Assembly (NCBI RefSeq): GCF_001194135.2
Contig: NC_068981.1
Coordinates: forward strand, 156,262,969-156,326,968
Direction of reading: 5' to 3'
DNA length: 64,000 nt
DNA from: Octopus bimaculoides
Lineage: Eukaryota
Numbering within the stretch: position 1 is the stretch's first letter; the number at the start of each line of letters is the position of its first letter. Positions 11,759 to 25,900 of the stretch are shown here, piece by piece. A model generated the notes under the pieces. It was not told the DNA's origin and did not search any database. It saw only the letters and a program-made list of their open reading frames with translations. The position numbers and the translations under genes were made by a program.

Positions 11759-12863
11759 TAATTTTTTTTTGACACTCTCCTAGAAAGTGGGAAATTGCGT
11801 AGGGCGTTCCAAACTGTAATCTCTTCAGATGTGCATGTTCTACATATCAAAAATTATGAATTTTCCTCGAAAAGAAAAGTGGGGCGAGCTTTTGTCCTTC
11901 AGCCTTTTCTGTAAATTCTCATTTTGGCAATTTTTGAATTTGGCTGCTATTTCTAGGTCACGCGGCCACATAGAGGCTTCTTCTTTGGCTCCGTACATGG
12001 AAAGAAAAGACATAATTGTATGGTTGTATCCAGCAATCGTGACAAGATCATTGCCTTTTTAATTGCTTTTACTTCAGTTTATTAGGACAGGATCAGCTAA
12101 ATGAGTTTTACGTTGTTCTAAAGTAAGCATAAGAGAAGGAATTGCAGCGGGGAATGGAAACAATGAAAAACTGCAAAAATGAAGAATTCAGAAAAAAAAT
12201 GTTTAATTACAAATAGAGGACCGGAAATATTAGTGTTTTATTCACTAATTTTGTTTAATGTCTTTCACCAAAACTTCCGTCACCAAACTTTTGATCATAA
12301 CTGAATTGAGAATGTAGAAATTACGTAACTGACCCAGTTGATTAATTTCTGTTGTCATTATCAAAATACAAATACTCACTATAGCTCTGACAGTAAGATG
12401 ACAACTATCTCAGTTGAAATGTTATGTATGTGTTGGGCTTGTAATAGGCAGTACACTGAGTGCACTGAATAACCCTTCTCTTACTTTACCCGACCACAGA
12501 GTAGCTATGGTCACCTGGTAATTTTCATTGAACTTATCAGTTTTCAGCTTTCCATGACATTTGACATGAGAAAGTTTTAAATAATATATTGAAGGTATAG
12601 CTCCTACAGCAAAATAAATGTCTTTGTAATAGCTTCGTATAAAAACAAATAGATGAGCCATTAGACCTGCTGTAAATATATCCAAGTTTCATGACAACAT
12701 GCTTTGAAACTTCTGCAGATGCTTTCTTTGTAGCGTCACTAAGATTCTCCTTCAAATGGATTAATAATTTATGTGTAGGTCTTAAGTGAAATGGAAAATA
12801 GAACTATCAAAATGTAATTAGTTTCTGTATAACGAGTAACAAGTATATGTTCGTGTGTGTTTG

Positions 12864-12899
<36 letters not shown>

Positions 12900-15475
12900 T
12901 ATACATGTGTGTACACCTATTCATGTATACGCACATGCATACAGACACATGCACACACACATGATGGTGCAGATGGTATATCTCTCTCATTCAGTGATGA
13001 AGGTTCAGCTGTTTGATCAACTGAACTTCTTGCTCTTGAATTATCATGTAAGTGGTTAAGCATTCCACAGACACATGTACCCTTAATGTAATTCTCAGGC
13101 AAAAATCACTGTGACACAATTTGTGGCTAGGCTGTACTTTTTGAATTACAGATAAAACTCTTGAATAATTTAAGTGAAGCTGTAATATATTGAATTAATT
13201 AAAACTTATATTTTTTTCTGATAGTAACTCAGGCACTGCTAAACCCCTCATCCCTCTACCTCTTGTTACCCTTATTGCGTCCAAATCCACCAGCTCCACA
13301 CAAACCGCTATGTCCAGTCTTTACTCTCCAAAATATCAGTCCTTTGGAATCTCACCCTTGCTATTGAGCTGCAACAGTTTACATAGAGCATTAAAAACAT
13401 AAAGCTTGCCTGTCTTAGATGGCCTGCCGAGATCATGAACATTGTCCTTTCTTCCAGATTCAGTAACTAAAAACCACAAAAAAATGTTATAAGCAGATCT
13501 TTTATCAAATTTCTTCCAAATTATTGATAAGATATTCACTTGTCTAATCCTCATAATGAATTTTCTAGCTATATAATTTTCAAATTACTTAATTCAATAG
13601 CTGTTCTCTTTCAATATGACCATTTTAGATATAATACTGAAATATTATTGTAAAATTCCTGTCTTTTACAACTAAACTATATAGTCTATTCTTACATGTC
13701 TTTATCCATTATTATTTTAATTTATAACTTTTCTCTTACAGGTTATACTGTTTATTTTCAGTAAGGACCAAAGGAATTTGCAACCAAGGTTTTCAGTTTT
13801 TTTCTTTATTATTTCTTTATTTATTTATAACACAGATATTTTTTGTTTTTATCAATCATATATCAATCTATTCTGGAATATGAGGACATTGTTTTTATAT
13901 AAAATTTCAAAACATATCCCACCAGGACATAATAGCTTACCACAACCCAAGGAATATACTTTTCACAACAAAACTCCATAAAATATAAAAATAATGCTTA
14001 GAGTAACAACATTTGTTTACATGAGAAATATATAGTGCAATTTAAGCCTCAAAAAGATTCTCAAACAAATTAAAACATATGTGGAAGAATACTTATCGCT
14101 TGTCTAGTTTCTGGAACCATTTCTGAAAATCCCTATATCATAATGGGCTTTGTAAATAAAACTGCTGTTTCATACTGGATTTATTTTTCATTGTGTAGTA
14201 CCAGTGGTGAGCAGAGTTGGAGAACAAAAGAATGTTTTGGATATATTACACATTTTGTTACTCATATTTCTGTTGAAATACAGTCTTTGTTTCTAATTAA
14301 TTCTGGAAATAATGAAGAATTTGTTATAACTTCATCATTATTGATCTGGTGTTTGGAACTTAAATTAACATGGAATTTTGGAAGAAAGTTTAATTTAGAT
14401 CATTTTAGAACAGGAAATTTGTATTATAGAAGTAAAGGTGGTCGCAAGTTGTTGGTATCAAAAAGGTTAAATCAAATTCCTAAGATTTTGAGACTCCAAG
14501 AAAGAATGCCCTTGTGTTTTGAAAATATGATATTCAAAATGAAGTATATAGTGTTTAAAAACATAGTTACATGCATACACACAAAGACAGACTAGTGTAG
14601 TGTCTGGTAAAAATGATGGGTTTTATTTCTACCTCACTGTATTTTTTAATGTTTTTCTTCCAAGCTTTGTTCCATTTTCCTGTTTTGTGTGTGTGTGTGT
14701 TTCACTCTCTTATTTTCTTTTAGTCATATTCTGTCTCTACCTCTTCTCTTTATTTCGCATTGTCTCCCCTCCTTCATTTTGATATCATACATATATTTTT
14801 CTTGCTCTCTCTCTCTAACATTCACCCATTCTATATCTCTTATTTATTACGTCTCAAATTCCCTCTTTCTAATGAGCTTATCTTCATTCTGCCTCTCTCT
14901 ATTTATTTCTTCCACTCTTTCACTGACTGTTCACTCCACTATCATATGTCTGCTGACTATTTCTCTTTCCTCAACCTACTCTCTAAATAATATCTTACCT
15001 ATCTATTTATCTATTCTACTTCTCTTTATTTCTCTCTCTTCCACTTCTCTCGACACAGCCACTGATTTCTCCCTGCATGACTGAGAGAGGATAACTCACA
15101 AACAAAAAAACACATATGACTTTAGGGTTTTTATGTATTAAGACATAAAAATGCATAAAAATCAGTAATTGAAGAAAACTAATAGTACTCTATATCACCA
15201 AACATTATATAGCAAAGTTCATTATTTTGACTCATTTGTATGCCATGGGGCTAAATTTGTATTTGCTGGAGATGCATATTAATTAACTAAAGTTCTAAGA
15301 CTATGTTTTTGTGGGAAAATTGTAAGTAAATTTACTTGCATACTGTATGTATTCCTGGATAGGTCGCACCCTTAGTTTGGGGTTGTCAAAATAGGTATTT
15401 GTAGTGGACTCGCAGATAGGTTGCATTATAATCTGGCAGGTTACATGGCCCTTTTTTAATGTAAATATAACTAAT

Positions 15476-15870
15476 GCTGTGGCTGTGTGGTAAGAAGCAT
15501 GCTTCCCAACCACATGGTTCTGGGTTCAATCCCACTGTGTGACACCTCAAGCAAGTGCCTTCTACTATAGCTTCTGGCCAACCAAAGCCTTGTGAGTGGA
15601 TTTGGTAGATGGAAACTGAAAAAAGCCCATCGCATATATATATATATGTAAATGTTTGTGCGTCTGTGTTTGTCCCCCACCACCACCATCGCTTGACAAC
15701 CGATGTTGGTGTGTTTACATCCCCATAACTTAGCGGTTCAGCAAAAGAGACTGATGGAATAAGTACTAGGCTTACAAAGAATAAGTCCTGGGGTCGATTT
15801 GTTTGACTAAAAGCAGTGCTCCAGCATGGCTACAGTCAAATGACTGAAACAAATAAAAGAAAGAAATAAG
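15476..15870 (+). mobile_element. Octopus tRNA-derived SINE (CpG-decayed copy)
   Basis: Colinear with 4113-4492. Confidence 0.9.
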
Positions 15871-16538
15871 AATTTGAATCTATGTTGTCAAAAAGAATAA
15901 TACTCAAACTTCCAGTTTCTGCTTTCTAGTAAACAAACGTCACAAAAATGTTTCCATAACAACTTGGAAACTGAAAAGGCCAGGCCCAGGGTATGCCCCT
16001 GGACTACTGATATGCCACTGTCTACTTCAGATCCCTGTGATGTCCGCACCTCTGATTTTTGTTGAAATTATTGAAAGTGTGACCTATCTGCGATTCATGT
16101 AGGATCTGATGCAGCAAAATGTCCAAGTGTTGTTTATGTTGACATCTATTCCATGTACAACTCTTAAAAGACACTTGCTAAGCTGCAGCAAGATGGTCAA
16201 ACTGGGTAGCTGTATAAAATGTATGGAATCTGTGGTATTGTGTTTTGCAGTTTTTAACCATTGCAATATGTACAGAGGAAAGAACACAGATGTATTTTTG
16301 TTTCAAACTTATTTTAGCTGCTTTATTCACTTTTTTCATTACCATGGAACAAAGTTGTTTGTTGTTCCGTTAGATTTAATTGGTTGCATTTCTAACAAAA
16401 ATATAGATTATTTTATATATGATCGCATAAAACTATTCATTACCTTGAAAATGTTTATATGAAATGTCTTTTCTATTTTTATTTTTTTCGTTTTGAATTA
16501 CATAATTTTCTTATCATTTATTGTTGTTTCTATTCTAG

Positions 16539-19407
16539 GGTAGTGATTCAAGTTTCAACTCAATTACCTGAGTCTCGGTCATGCTCACCATATTTCCGAA
16601 AGGACCCAAATGATATCATTCAACAAGAATGCGGATCAGATCAATTAGCAATATCTAATTTCAAAGCTATATTACCTCCAGGACAAAACAATATATATAT
16701 GGCATCATCCTCACCTAAATCGAACAATCAGAAGGTATCTTCTATTTCTCCCCCCTATCCTGTTTTATTGGGACACCCAAGTTATTCATCTCTAAAATCT
16801 CAGCCACAAGGCAATAAACTACTGACTCTGTCTTCAAAAGCACCATCTCCTGGCTCCATTAATTCTTCATCACACAGTATTTCTCCTGTTAGAAATCCGT
16901 CTCCTGTTCAGCTTCAACTTGTTACCAATAATAATAATTTATCATCATGTGAAAATGTTGCTTATGGTAACAATCTTTTGCAACTAAAACGAACACAATC
17001 TCCTGCCCTGATTCAAACACTTCTGCAAAATCGAGATCCTTCTCCAAATCAAAGACTGTCATCAACAATAGTAAATGTTGCACCAGAAGGATTTCAACAA
17101 AAAATCTTAGTAACACCATCTGTATCACCAAACAGAGTTGTTGGTACAGATCAATCATGTGAAGGATCTTCTACTATATTAATAACAGCCGATCCCAATC
17201 CTATTATTAATAAAGTAACACAACCTCAAGTGACATATGTGAAAACCACCCCAATTGCTGTATCATCACCTGAGCCATCTCGCACTACACCAGTCACATA
17301 TTCACAAATGCAACCAACTACCCAAGTGTTTTATATGAAATCAACATCTCCAAATATGCCTCAACTTTCATCTCAGTTACAAGTACAACCATTTCAAGGT
17401 ATGCAAATTAAACAAGACCAACTTATTCTTAATTCAATAATTGTTGATAAGTCACAGACCTCAACAGATAAAAATGTAACATCGTTACAAGGCTCACAGC
17501 CATTACTTTTATCTGTTCCAAAATCTACTGAACAAGAACAAACCATTCTGGGTAATGAATTAGAATTTCGGCAGCCAATTTATAATTCTTCATTAACTAC
17601 ATCTCAGCCTGCAACGTCTTCACTATCATCTTTGGATCGATTGACTCTACCAACTTGTCACTCAAACGAAGATAAAACATTGTCAACAACTGTACAATCT
17701 GTATCTGCTATTTCACAGGCACCTATATTAGCTCAAAGACTTGCTGCTCCTTCTGTTAATAATACCATATTTTCTAGTCAACTAACTTCTTCTAGGTTAG
17801 TCTTACCTTCTAGTGGTTCAGCAGTACTACCAACAGGTTTGGCAAATACTCCCAATATCCAGTTGATACCAACATCAACTAACTTAACAAATAATTCATC
17901 CCAGTTAAACATACTGTCTGTTCAGAATAATAGACTTTCTGCTCTATCATCTACAGAAAACTCATCTTTTTTGCAACATGCATCACCCACTCAGATTTCT
18001 TCCATAGAGAATGAGCCTAGAGGTAAGTTTTTGGTTTCAAATGCAGCACTAAATGTTCAACCTGCAATGGTTACCTCAAACCCACAGTTAGCACCATCTA
18101 TCACAGAACGTTTGCCTGTTAGTAATGCTTCTATGACTGGTAACACAGGTCTTATGGCTTCACAGTTGCACCCAACATTTGTTGACAGACTGTCAATGAC
18201 AAACAAAGATAATGCTGTCACATATTCCACAGTTGTTGTTACAACTCCACAGTTTATTACAGCTCCTACAAATACCATGAGAAGTGATTTGACTAATGTC
18301 TCAGCTGTAAAAAGTATTCTTGCTGCCCAGAATATATCTTCTAATTTAAATCCAGCTGCAAATAATTCTATCTTTAAAATTATTACGCCAACAGTTGGAG
18401 TTAGTCAACAACCATCAACACAAGCTCCAAAATTAGTTTTAACTGAACCACCTGAGTCATCACTCCTTAACTCTTCACTAAATCAAAGATTTCAAGCTAA
18501 TCAAACAGCCATGTTACTTAATACAAATAACTCTGGCCAGCATAATTTTGCACAAATTAAAGATAATATGCAACCTCAGATCATCTCATTTAATCCTGTT
18601 TCTTTTGAAATACCAGCTGAGTCATTTAGATTCATTGAAATGCAAGGTCAACCATTAAAAACAACGTCGAGTAATATAATAAATAATACTGTGACTAACA
18701 ACATTTCTGTTGATAAACCAATAAATATTGTTACTAGAACGGACTCTGGCAATGTAATGAACCCTTCAAATATTTTTGTTGTGTCTTCTGCCTCAGAAAC
18801 GTCAGTGCAATCATCAACTAGTGTTAGCACCAAGTCAAATGAGAATATAAATTCTGAACTCCAATCCACATCTAAGTTGCCACCTTTGGAAAATAAATTA
18901 TATGTTGAAGAGAACAATCCTTCTGTTACTCAAAAAGAAACTGCTTTTTCTTTCCGTGCATTACCAGTGAAAGATTCCCCAGCTGAACCTGTGAAACCAA
19001 AACGCCCTGTTAGGAAAAAAAAAGATGATGATGATGTCAATCCATTTTTTGCTCATTTACGTGTTTCTTCAGCATCTCTTTCAAACCAAGGAGGTTTACC
19101 TCCTTTTAACACGCTCCAGACTACAAGTGAAGAGACTAAAACCAAACAGTCTTTCTCAGAAATTAAAAATATTTTACATAGTAAAACAGTTGATGATCAG
19201 ACTAACTTTCAGTCAACTTCTCGTGGATTAAATAAAAATACTTTCAACCAATCTAATAATACTAAGGAAACATCGGATCCCTTAGATTCTTGTCTCAAAG
19301 CTAGTTCTAGTGATAATCAGTTGAATCAAAAGTGTATTGATAAAGATAATCATACAGAAGAAGAGAAATCATCAGAGACTGATGATAATACAGAAAGGAA
19401 GCCCATT
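16539..19407 (+). CDS. DNTTIP1: DNTTIP1 giant coding exon (2,869 nt), S/T/Q/P/N-rich low-complexity N-terminal extension
   Basis: Stop-free frame (ORF track 16459..19464). Acceptor tttctattctag|G at 16538/16539, donor ATT|gtaagt at 19407 (phase 0), which matches the next exon. First internal Met is at 16699. Confidence 0.8.
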
Positions 19408-19714
19408 GTAAGTATATCCTCTTATTATTATTTTTTTTTTTTAATATTCTTGGTTTCCGTGTAAATGTAACACAACTGGAAATGTATTCAAATATTTCAG
19501 ATTTCAGTTATTATCATTATTATCATCAATTGTTTTAATGCCAACTTTACTAGGTTGGCATGCATAAGATGAAAGTTATTGAGTTTTTTTTCTATAGCTG
19601 GACGTTTTTCTTGTTGCTTACCCTTAATTTATTTGCAACTAAAGTACTATTTCTTTTAGTTCTCAATGGCAGACTATAAACAAAGACACTGTCGCATAGA
19701 TTGTGACATTGTTT

Positions 19715-19747
<33 letters not shown>

Positions 19748-22700
19748 GTTTAATGTCCGTTTTCTATGCTGGTATGGGTTGGATGGTTTGACTGAGGTTT
19801 GGAGAGCCAGCGGCTGCACCAGGCTCCAATCTGATCTGGCAATGTTTCTATAGCTGGATGCCCTTCCTAATACCAACCACTCCGAGAGTGTAGTGGGTAC
19901 ATTTTATGTGCCACCAGCACAGGAGCCAGTCAGTGGGTACTGGCATCGGCCTCATTCGGATGGTGTTTTTTACATGCCACCGGCATGGGGGCCAGTCAGG
20001 TGGTCCTGGCATTGATCATGTTCGGAGAGTGCTTTTTAAACACCATGCAGATGATGGGAAGACAAACACACATGTAATAAATGCATACATACCTACCCAT
20101 GCATGTATATCTATGTGTGTGTGTGTATATATAATCATATATTATATAAGACAGGCTTCTACTGTATCCCTTTACCAATTCCACTCAAAAGGCTAATAGT
20201 CATTAGAATACATTCCACAATGCCATACAGTGGGAATAAACTCAAAAACATGGCCATGTGGGTAAAGCCAAAAGTTTTAACCACATGGCCATGCCTGATT
20301 TAAAGATATTTAAGTTGATATTCAGCATTTATGTGAATGGTTATTGTGATTTTCTGTTTTTCTAACAGAATTAGAAAAGAAATCCTAGGTGTGAAACAGA
20401 ATCTGGAATCAAAAAATCTCAAAGTTAGTATAGCAAAGACCAAAGTCCTAGTATGCAAGAAATTAGACAGGAATCCCTTCACCCTTGTGGTAAATGTCCC
20501 TGCTCGTGTGTAAGAAAGGAGTAGGCAGAAATTTTGTTTGGTGTACCTAGTGCATGCTATAGACATGTAAGTGGTGCAGCGGAATAGTAGGAAAGTTAAG
20601 AGAAAAAGTAGTGTTTTCTCTATGGAAGGTGTACAGCAGCCATAAAGGCCACAGATACATGGGAAACTGATTTCTTCAAATGTCCTGGGGGCTCTCTGCA
20701 AATTATAGGTAATTTTTGCTACCTCACTGACCTAATTTACCATGGAGATGGTTGTACAGAAAGCATGATTGCTAGAATAAGAATGGGATGGAGAAAGTTC
20801 AGAGAGCTTTTACCTCTGTTGCCAACCAAAAGGTCTCTCCAAGTGAAAGGAAGACTATATCATGCATGTGTACAAACTGCAATGCTACATGGTAGTGAGA
20901 CATGGGCCCTGAATGCAGAGGATAGATGAAGACTATAGAGGAATGAAACTGGTATGCTCCACTGGATGTGCTATGTCAGTAGGAGCACTCTGTCAGTTAT
21001 GACGATGAGGGTCCCAGCTGATACGATCAATGGAACAGCTTGCTCATGAAATTAACGTGCAAGTGATTGAGCAATCCACAGACAAGTGTACCCCTAACGT
21101 AGTTCTCAGGGAGATTCAGCGTGATACAGAGTGTGACAAGGCCGGCCCTTTGAAATACAGCTACTACTCATTTTTGCCAGCTGAGTGGACTCCAGCAACA
21201 TGAAATAAAGTGTCTTGTTCAAGGACACAACGCGTCGCCAGGAATTGAACTCACGGCCTTATGATCATGAACTGAATGCTCTAACCACTAAGCCACATGC
21301 CTTTACCTATGTCAGTGTACATGTGCGACAGAGCGCGAGTGTATACAAAGAAATGTTAGGCATAACTGAAATTATTATATGCAGTGTGCAAGAGAGGTTT
21401 GATCATGTGAAGTGGATGGATGAGGCCAGTTTCATAAACAAATGCCTATCACTTAAAGTGGAGAAACTTTTGGAAGACATGGGATGAAGTATTGAAGGTG
21501 ATCTCAAAATGAAGAAAATGACAAGACTGTGATATACAACACTTTGCTGTACACAAAAAGACCTGCTCACTACAACAGAATTGATATCTTAAAACAAAGG
21601 TGTCACATAAAAAACACTGGTGTTGGTACTGGTGTCATGTAAAAAGCACTGGTGATGATGCCACATAAATAGCACTGGTACTGGTGCCACAGAAAAAGCA
21701 CTGGTGATGGTGCCATGTAAAAAGCAGCCAGTGTACTCTGTTAAGTGGTTGGCATTAGGAAGGATATCCAGCTATAGAAACCAAACCAAAACAGACTATG
21801 AAACCTGGTGCAGTCCCTGGCCTTGCATATTCCTACCATGCTAGTATGGAAAATGACATTAAATGATGATGATGACGACAACAATTTACTGTTCTTTCTT
21901 TCAACCTTTGGTGCACTCATCCTTCAATTCACTAGAGTATTTTTCTTTCACATACAATCTGTTTTGCATTGGGTATCCATAACTACAATTTTCTGCATTC
22001 AGTGACTGATGACTTTCAAGTGCAATCATTTTCTCACCACAGTCTTTCATATGTTAACATTGTGTATCCATTAAATCATACACACCACATTCTTCTCTAA
22101 TTATTGAAGATCCTCAATGTTCATGAATTTGTCTGCTGATGTGCAACATTGCTGCACAAGTAAAACAAAATTCAAAATTTTAGTTAAAAGCAGTTCTTTA
22201 ATGTAAATATTAATGGTGCCACATGCTTAAACCATGTGTGTTGTTAAACGTTTTTTGGCAGCAGTATTTCATCCAAGGAACATTCCTTTAAAGATATAAA
22301 GTGTTAAAAACACATTGAACAGCTCCAGAGATGAACAAGAACATCAGATATCGATATTTCATTGTTATTTCAGTTTATTGATGCCATATACTCAACATGC
22401 CCTCAAGACTAATTCAATATACAGATAGCATAAAATCTGTCTGCTGATGCAACAGTGCCACACAATTAATACAAAATTCAAATTTTGAGTTAGCAGCAGT
22501 TCTATAATGTAAACATTATCAATATCTGTCATTCTCATTCACTTCCAGGGCAGTTTGTTTCACCTGGCTTTGAAATGTACTGTGTATTTTTTAACATTCT
22601 ATATCTTTAAAGGGACTTTCTCTGGATGAAATGGTAAAAGAAACACTCATATTTCCAGAGGTGAATAATTCAATCCCCCAAGAATCCCTCTCAACATGTG

Positions 22701-22896
22701 ACTATGATGCTCCCTTACTACTCCTGCTCATGATCAGAAGTGCACATATCATCAGCCATTAAGGGACATGCTCAACTGGTTATGGTCAAGCAAATCTGTG
22801 GTATTGACCAGAATATTTGCTGTAGCCCATCTTTTTTACCAAGACAAAACATGTTCACTTCCAATCAGTTAAGATCAGAAGCCATTACATCAGGGC

Positions 22897-22927
<31 letters not shown>

Positions 22928-25900
22928 GAGCTGACAGAATCGTTAGTGTGCTGGACGAAATACTTAGTGGTATTTCACCTGTTGCTATGGTCTGTGTTCA
23001 AATTCCTCCGAGGTCAACTTTACCTTTCATCCTTTCAGGGTCAAGAAAATAAGTACCAGCTGAACACTGGGGTCAATGTAATTGACTCATCCCCTCGTCC
23101 AAAATTGCTGCCCTGGCAGTAAAATTTGAAACCATTATTATTATTTTTATGTTTGACTTTTGCTTTGCATTTCTACAAGTTGGCTCCAAGTCTCACCCAG
23201 AGACCTCAAAAGACAACAAGTTAGAAGTTCATGTTGGTGTTATGCTTAGAGTGCCATATATTTGGTTTTGTACATAGTGTTGTTCTAGAGAATGTTTAAG
23301 AAACCATAAGACAATTACGTGTTTGTTTTAAAATTTGAGATTACATAGACAGTATTTTATGTAGGATATGGACAGTTCCCATGAGCACTATCTNNNNNNN
23401 NNNNNNNNNNNNNNNNNNNNNNNNNNNNNNTATTGTTTTAGTCTTCAGGTTCCACATTTTGCTAATTTCTATTTCAAGATCTTTATATTTGCTCAGTTTT
23501 TGGTAGGTCTTGACAGATACGTTTATATCAATTGGGACAGTCATATCAATGAGGAGGCATGATTTTTGTCTGAAGTCTTTCAATATGATGTCTGGCCTAT
23601 TTGCATCTATTTTTCTGTCAGTTTGAATGGTGAAGTTCCAGAGGAGTGAGATGTGATCATTTTCAAGCACTGGAGGTAGTTTGTGTTCCCACCAGTTTTT
23701 ATTATGGGGCAAGTCCAGGTTTTTGCAAATTACCCAGTGAATATATTATGCAGCTCTATCATGCCTTTTGAAATATTCTGTAAGCTCTAGACAACATAAT
23801 CAATGGTTTCATTTTGTTGTTGACATACACGACATGTTGGGAAGCTGCCGTTCTTTAATATGTTGGCCTGGTAGTTCCTTGTGGGTAGGCATTGATCTTG
23901 GGCTGCCATGATAACCCCTTCTGTTTCTGATTTTAAGCCATTAGCCATTGAAGGGTAAGGGCTTTGTCAACATTGACATTATTTGCTCTCTTTGGGTATT
24001 TGCCATTTATCAGTCAGAATATCTAAGGCAGCAGTTTTAGCACGGGTTTTCATGCGCTTAACTTTTTCTGCGCTTGTTTCTAGTACATCTAATTCTGGAA
24101 TTTGTTGTATTTGGAATTCACTTAGATATTCCTTTGCCTGTTTTGTTACTGAGTATGACGCTTTCTTGTTTTCATGTTTTGAGACAAGTTTTAACATCCA
24201 GTCCTCAGAGTTTTTCAGGTAAGTGTCCAGGCCGATTGTGGCAATCTTCATTGTTAATGCCAGTTGTAAAAGTCCACAGCCTCCCTATTTTCTTGGCAGA
24301 TAAAGTCAATCTATATCTGCCTTAGGGTGGTGCATTCTATGCATTGTCAACAGTTTTCGTATTTTTTTGTCAAGATTACATATTTCAATAATTGACCAGT
24401 TAATGATATTGAAACTGTAAGTCATGACTGGTATGGCTAAAGCATTGATCGCTTCGATCCTGTTTCTTGCATTCAGCTCTGTCTTGAGTATTGCTCTCAC
24501 CCTGCGATAACATTCTCTTCTGATCCTTTCCCTCATCACTGAATGTTTGATTCCGTCCCCTTCAATTACCCCTAGCTATTTGTAGCTCTCTGTTGGTTCT
24601 AACTCTTTTATGACATTCTGCTGGTCAAGGTTAACATTAGATGTTTCTGTTAGTTTTCCTTTGATGAAGGTAGCTTTTGCACATTTATCGAGGCCAAATT
24701 GCATCCTGATGTCATCACTGAATTGTTTAACAATCGCTAGTAAGCCCTTGAGTTGTTGCTCAATTTTTGCAAAGAGCTTTAAATCATTCTTGTAAATGAG
24801 ATGATTTATACTTTTATCAAACATTTTATAACCATATTGTGCATCATTGAGCAATTTTGAGAGAAGTATTAAGGCTAGACAAAAGAGGAGTGGTGATAGT
24901 GAGTCACCCTGGAAAATGCCACATCTCTCCTGAGAACAGATCTTATATCTTCTATCTTGACACCCTCCCACTTTTGATCCTCTAAGGAGTCTAAGTCTGT
25001 AGATATTCTATCAATCCAAGGGGCCTTTTCATTGTGTTCTTTTTCCTTCTGCCCAAATTTTATTCCAAATTTCCTGCACTTCTTTTGATAGGACAGACTT
25101 TACTGTAACTGATATCTTCCCTATCTTTCTGTAAAAATTTTTGGGGTTATTTTTTAATGTTATTGTCCTTGTACCTTGCTATGCGGGCAGCTTTGATGGT
25201 ATCAATGTCAAGTATGGTTTTCATATTATATTTTTTCTTTAATTTTCAGGTTTTTGTAGGTTTGATACTCTTGTCAGACTTAAGGTTTTTCAAACATTCT
25301 ATGTCAGACCTAAGTAGCTTAATTTGGTGTTGAATATGTTCTTGCCAAGAAGGCTTTTTGTGGGAATGTTGTCGTTTTCTAATCTTTTCACCACATAGAA
25401 TCGTTGAGATTTTTAGGGATGCATAGTACAGTTGGTTCAGATCTGTAATATCAACATCATTAGCTGAAATTATATCCTTAAGCGTAAGGCGGATTTTACC
25501 AATTATTTTCAAGTTTTGGTTAGAATTGGGAATTTCTGGGAGAGTATCGCATTCATTCATACTGGTTTGTTTAATTTTCAGCCATTCAATCATGATTTGA
25601 TTTTTTAGATCATGTAGTTGTGTTGGGTTAGTTTCTGTGTTACTTTCTTCATCTATTTGATTTTCATCTGCCTTAGTGTTTATGGTTGGTTCAGAGAGTA
25701 TTTCACTTTGCCTATCAATTACATTAACTTTTTCAATCATTACTGCATTTTCATCAGCCCTGGGCTTGGTCTATAATTATTTCCTCTAGTATCTTCTTTA
25801 GCTGCAGCTTTGTTCTTTTTATACCTTCCTGCTTGTTTAATTTCGTCAATCTCTACTTCAATTAGTAATTTTTTTTTATAATATTTCTTCTGACGTTGGC

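Noticed and set aside
16109-16200. BED zinc-finger-like TTLKRHLLSC
   Set aside because: The CxxC half is missing, frames contain stops, and there is no transposase context.
16459-16538. ORF-track start MKCLFYFYFF... for the 1001-aa ORF
   Set aside because: This part is a polypyrimidine tract/acceptor, and the C-terminal SISSYYYFFFL is intron read-through past the 19407 donor.
21599-21726. CRISPR-like array of palindromic repeats
   Set aside because: Units are degenerate, spacers are 0-12 bp and self-similar, there are no cas genes, and the context is a eukaryotic RTE 3'UTR.
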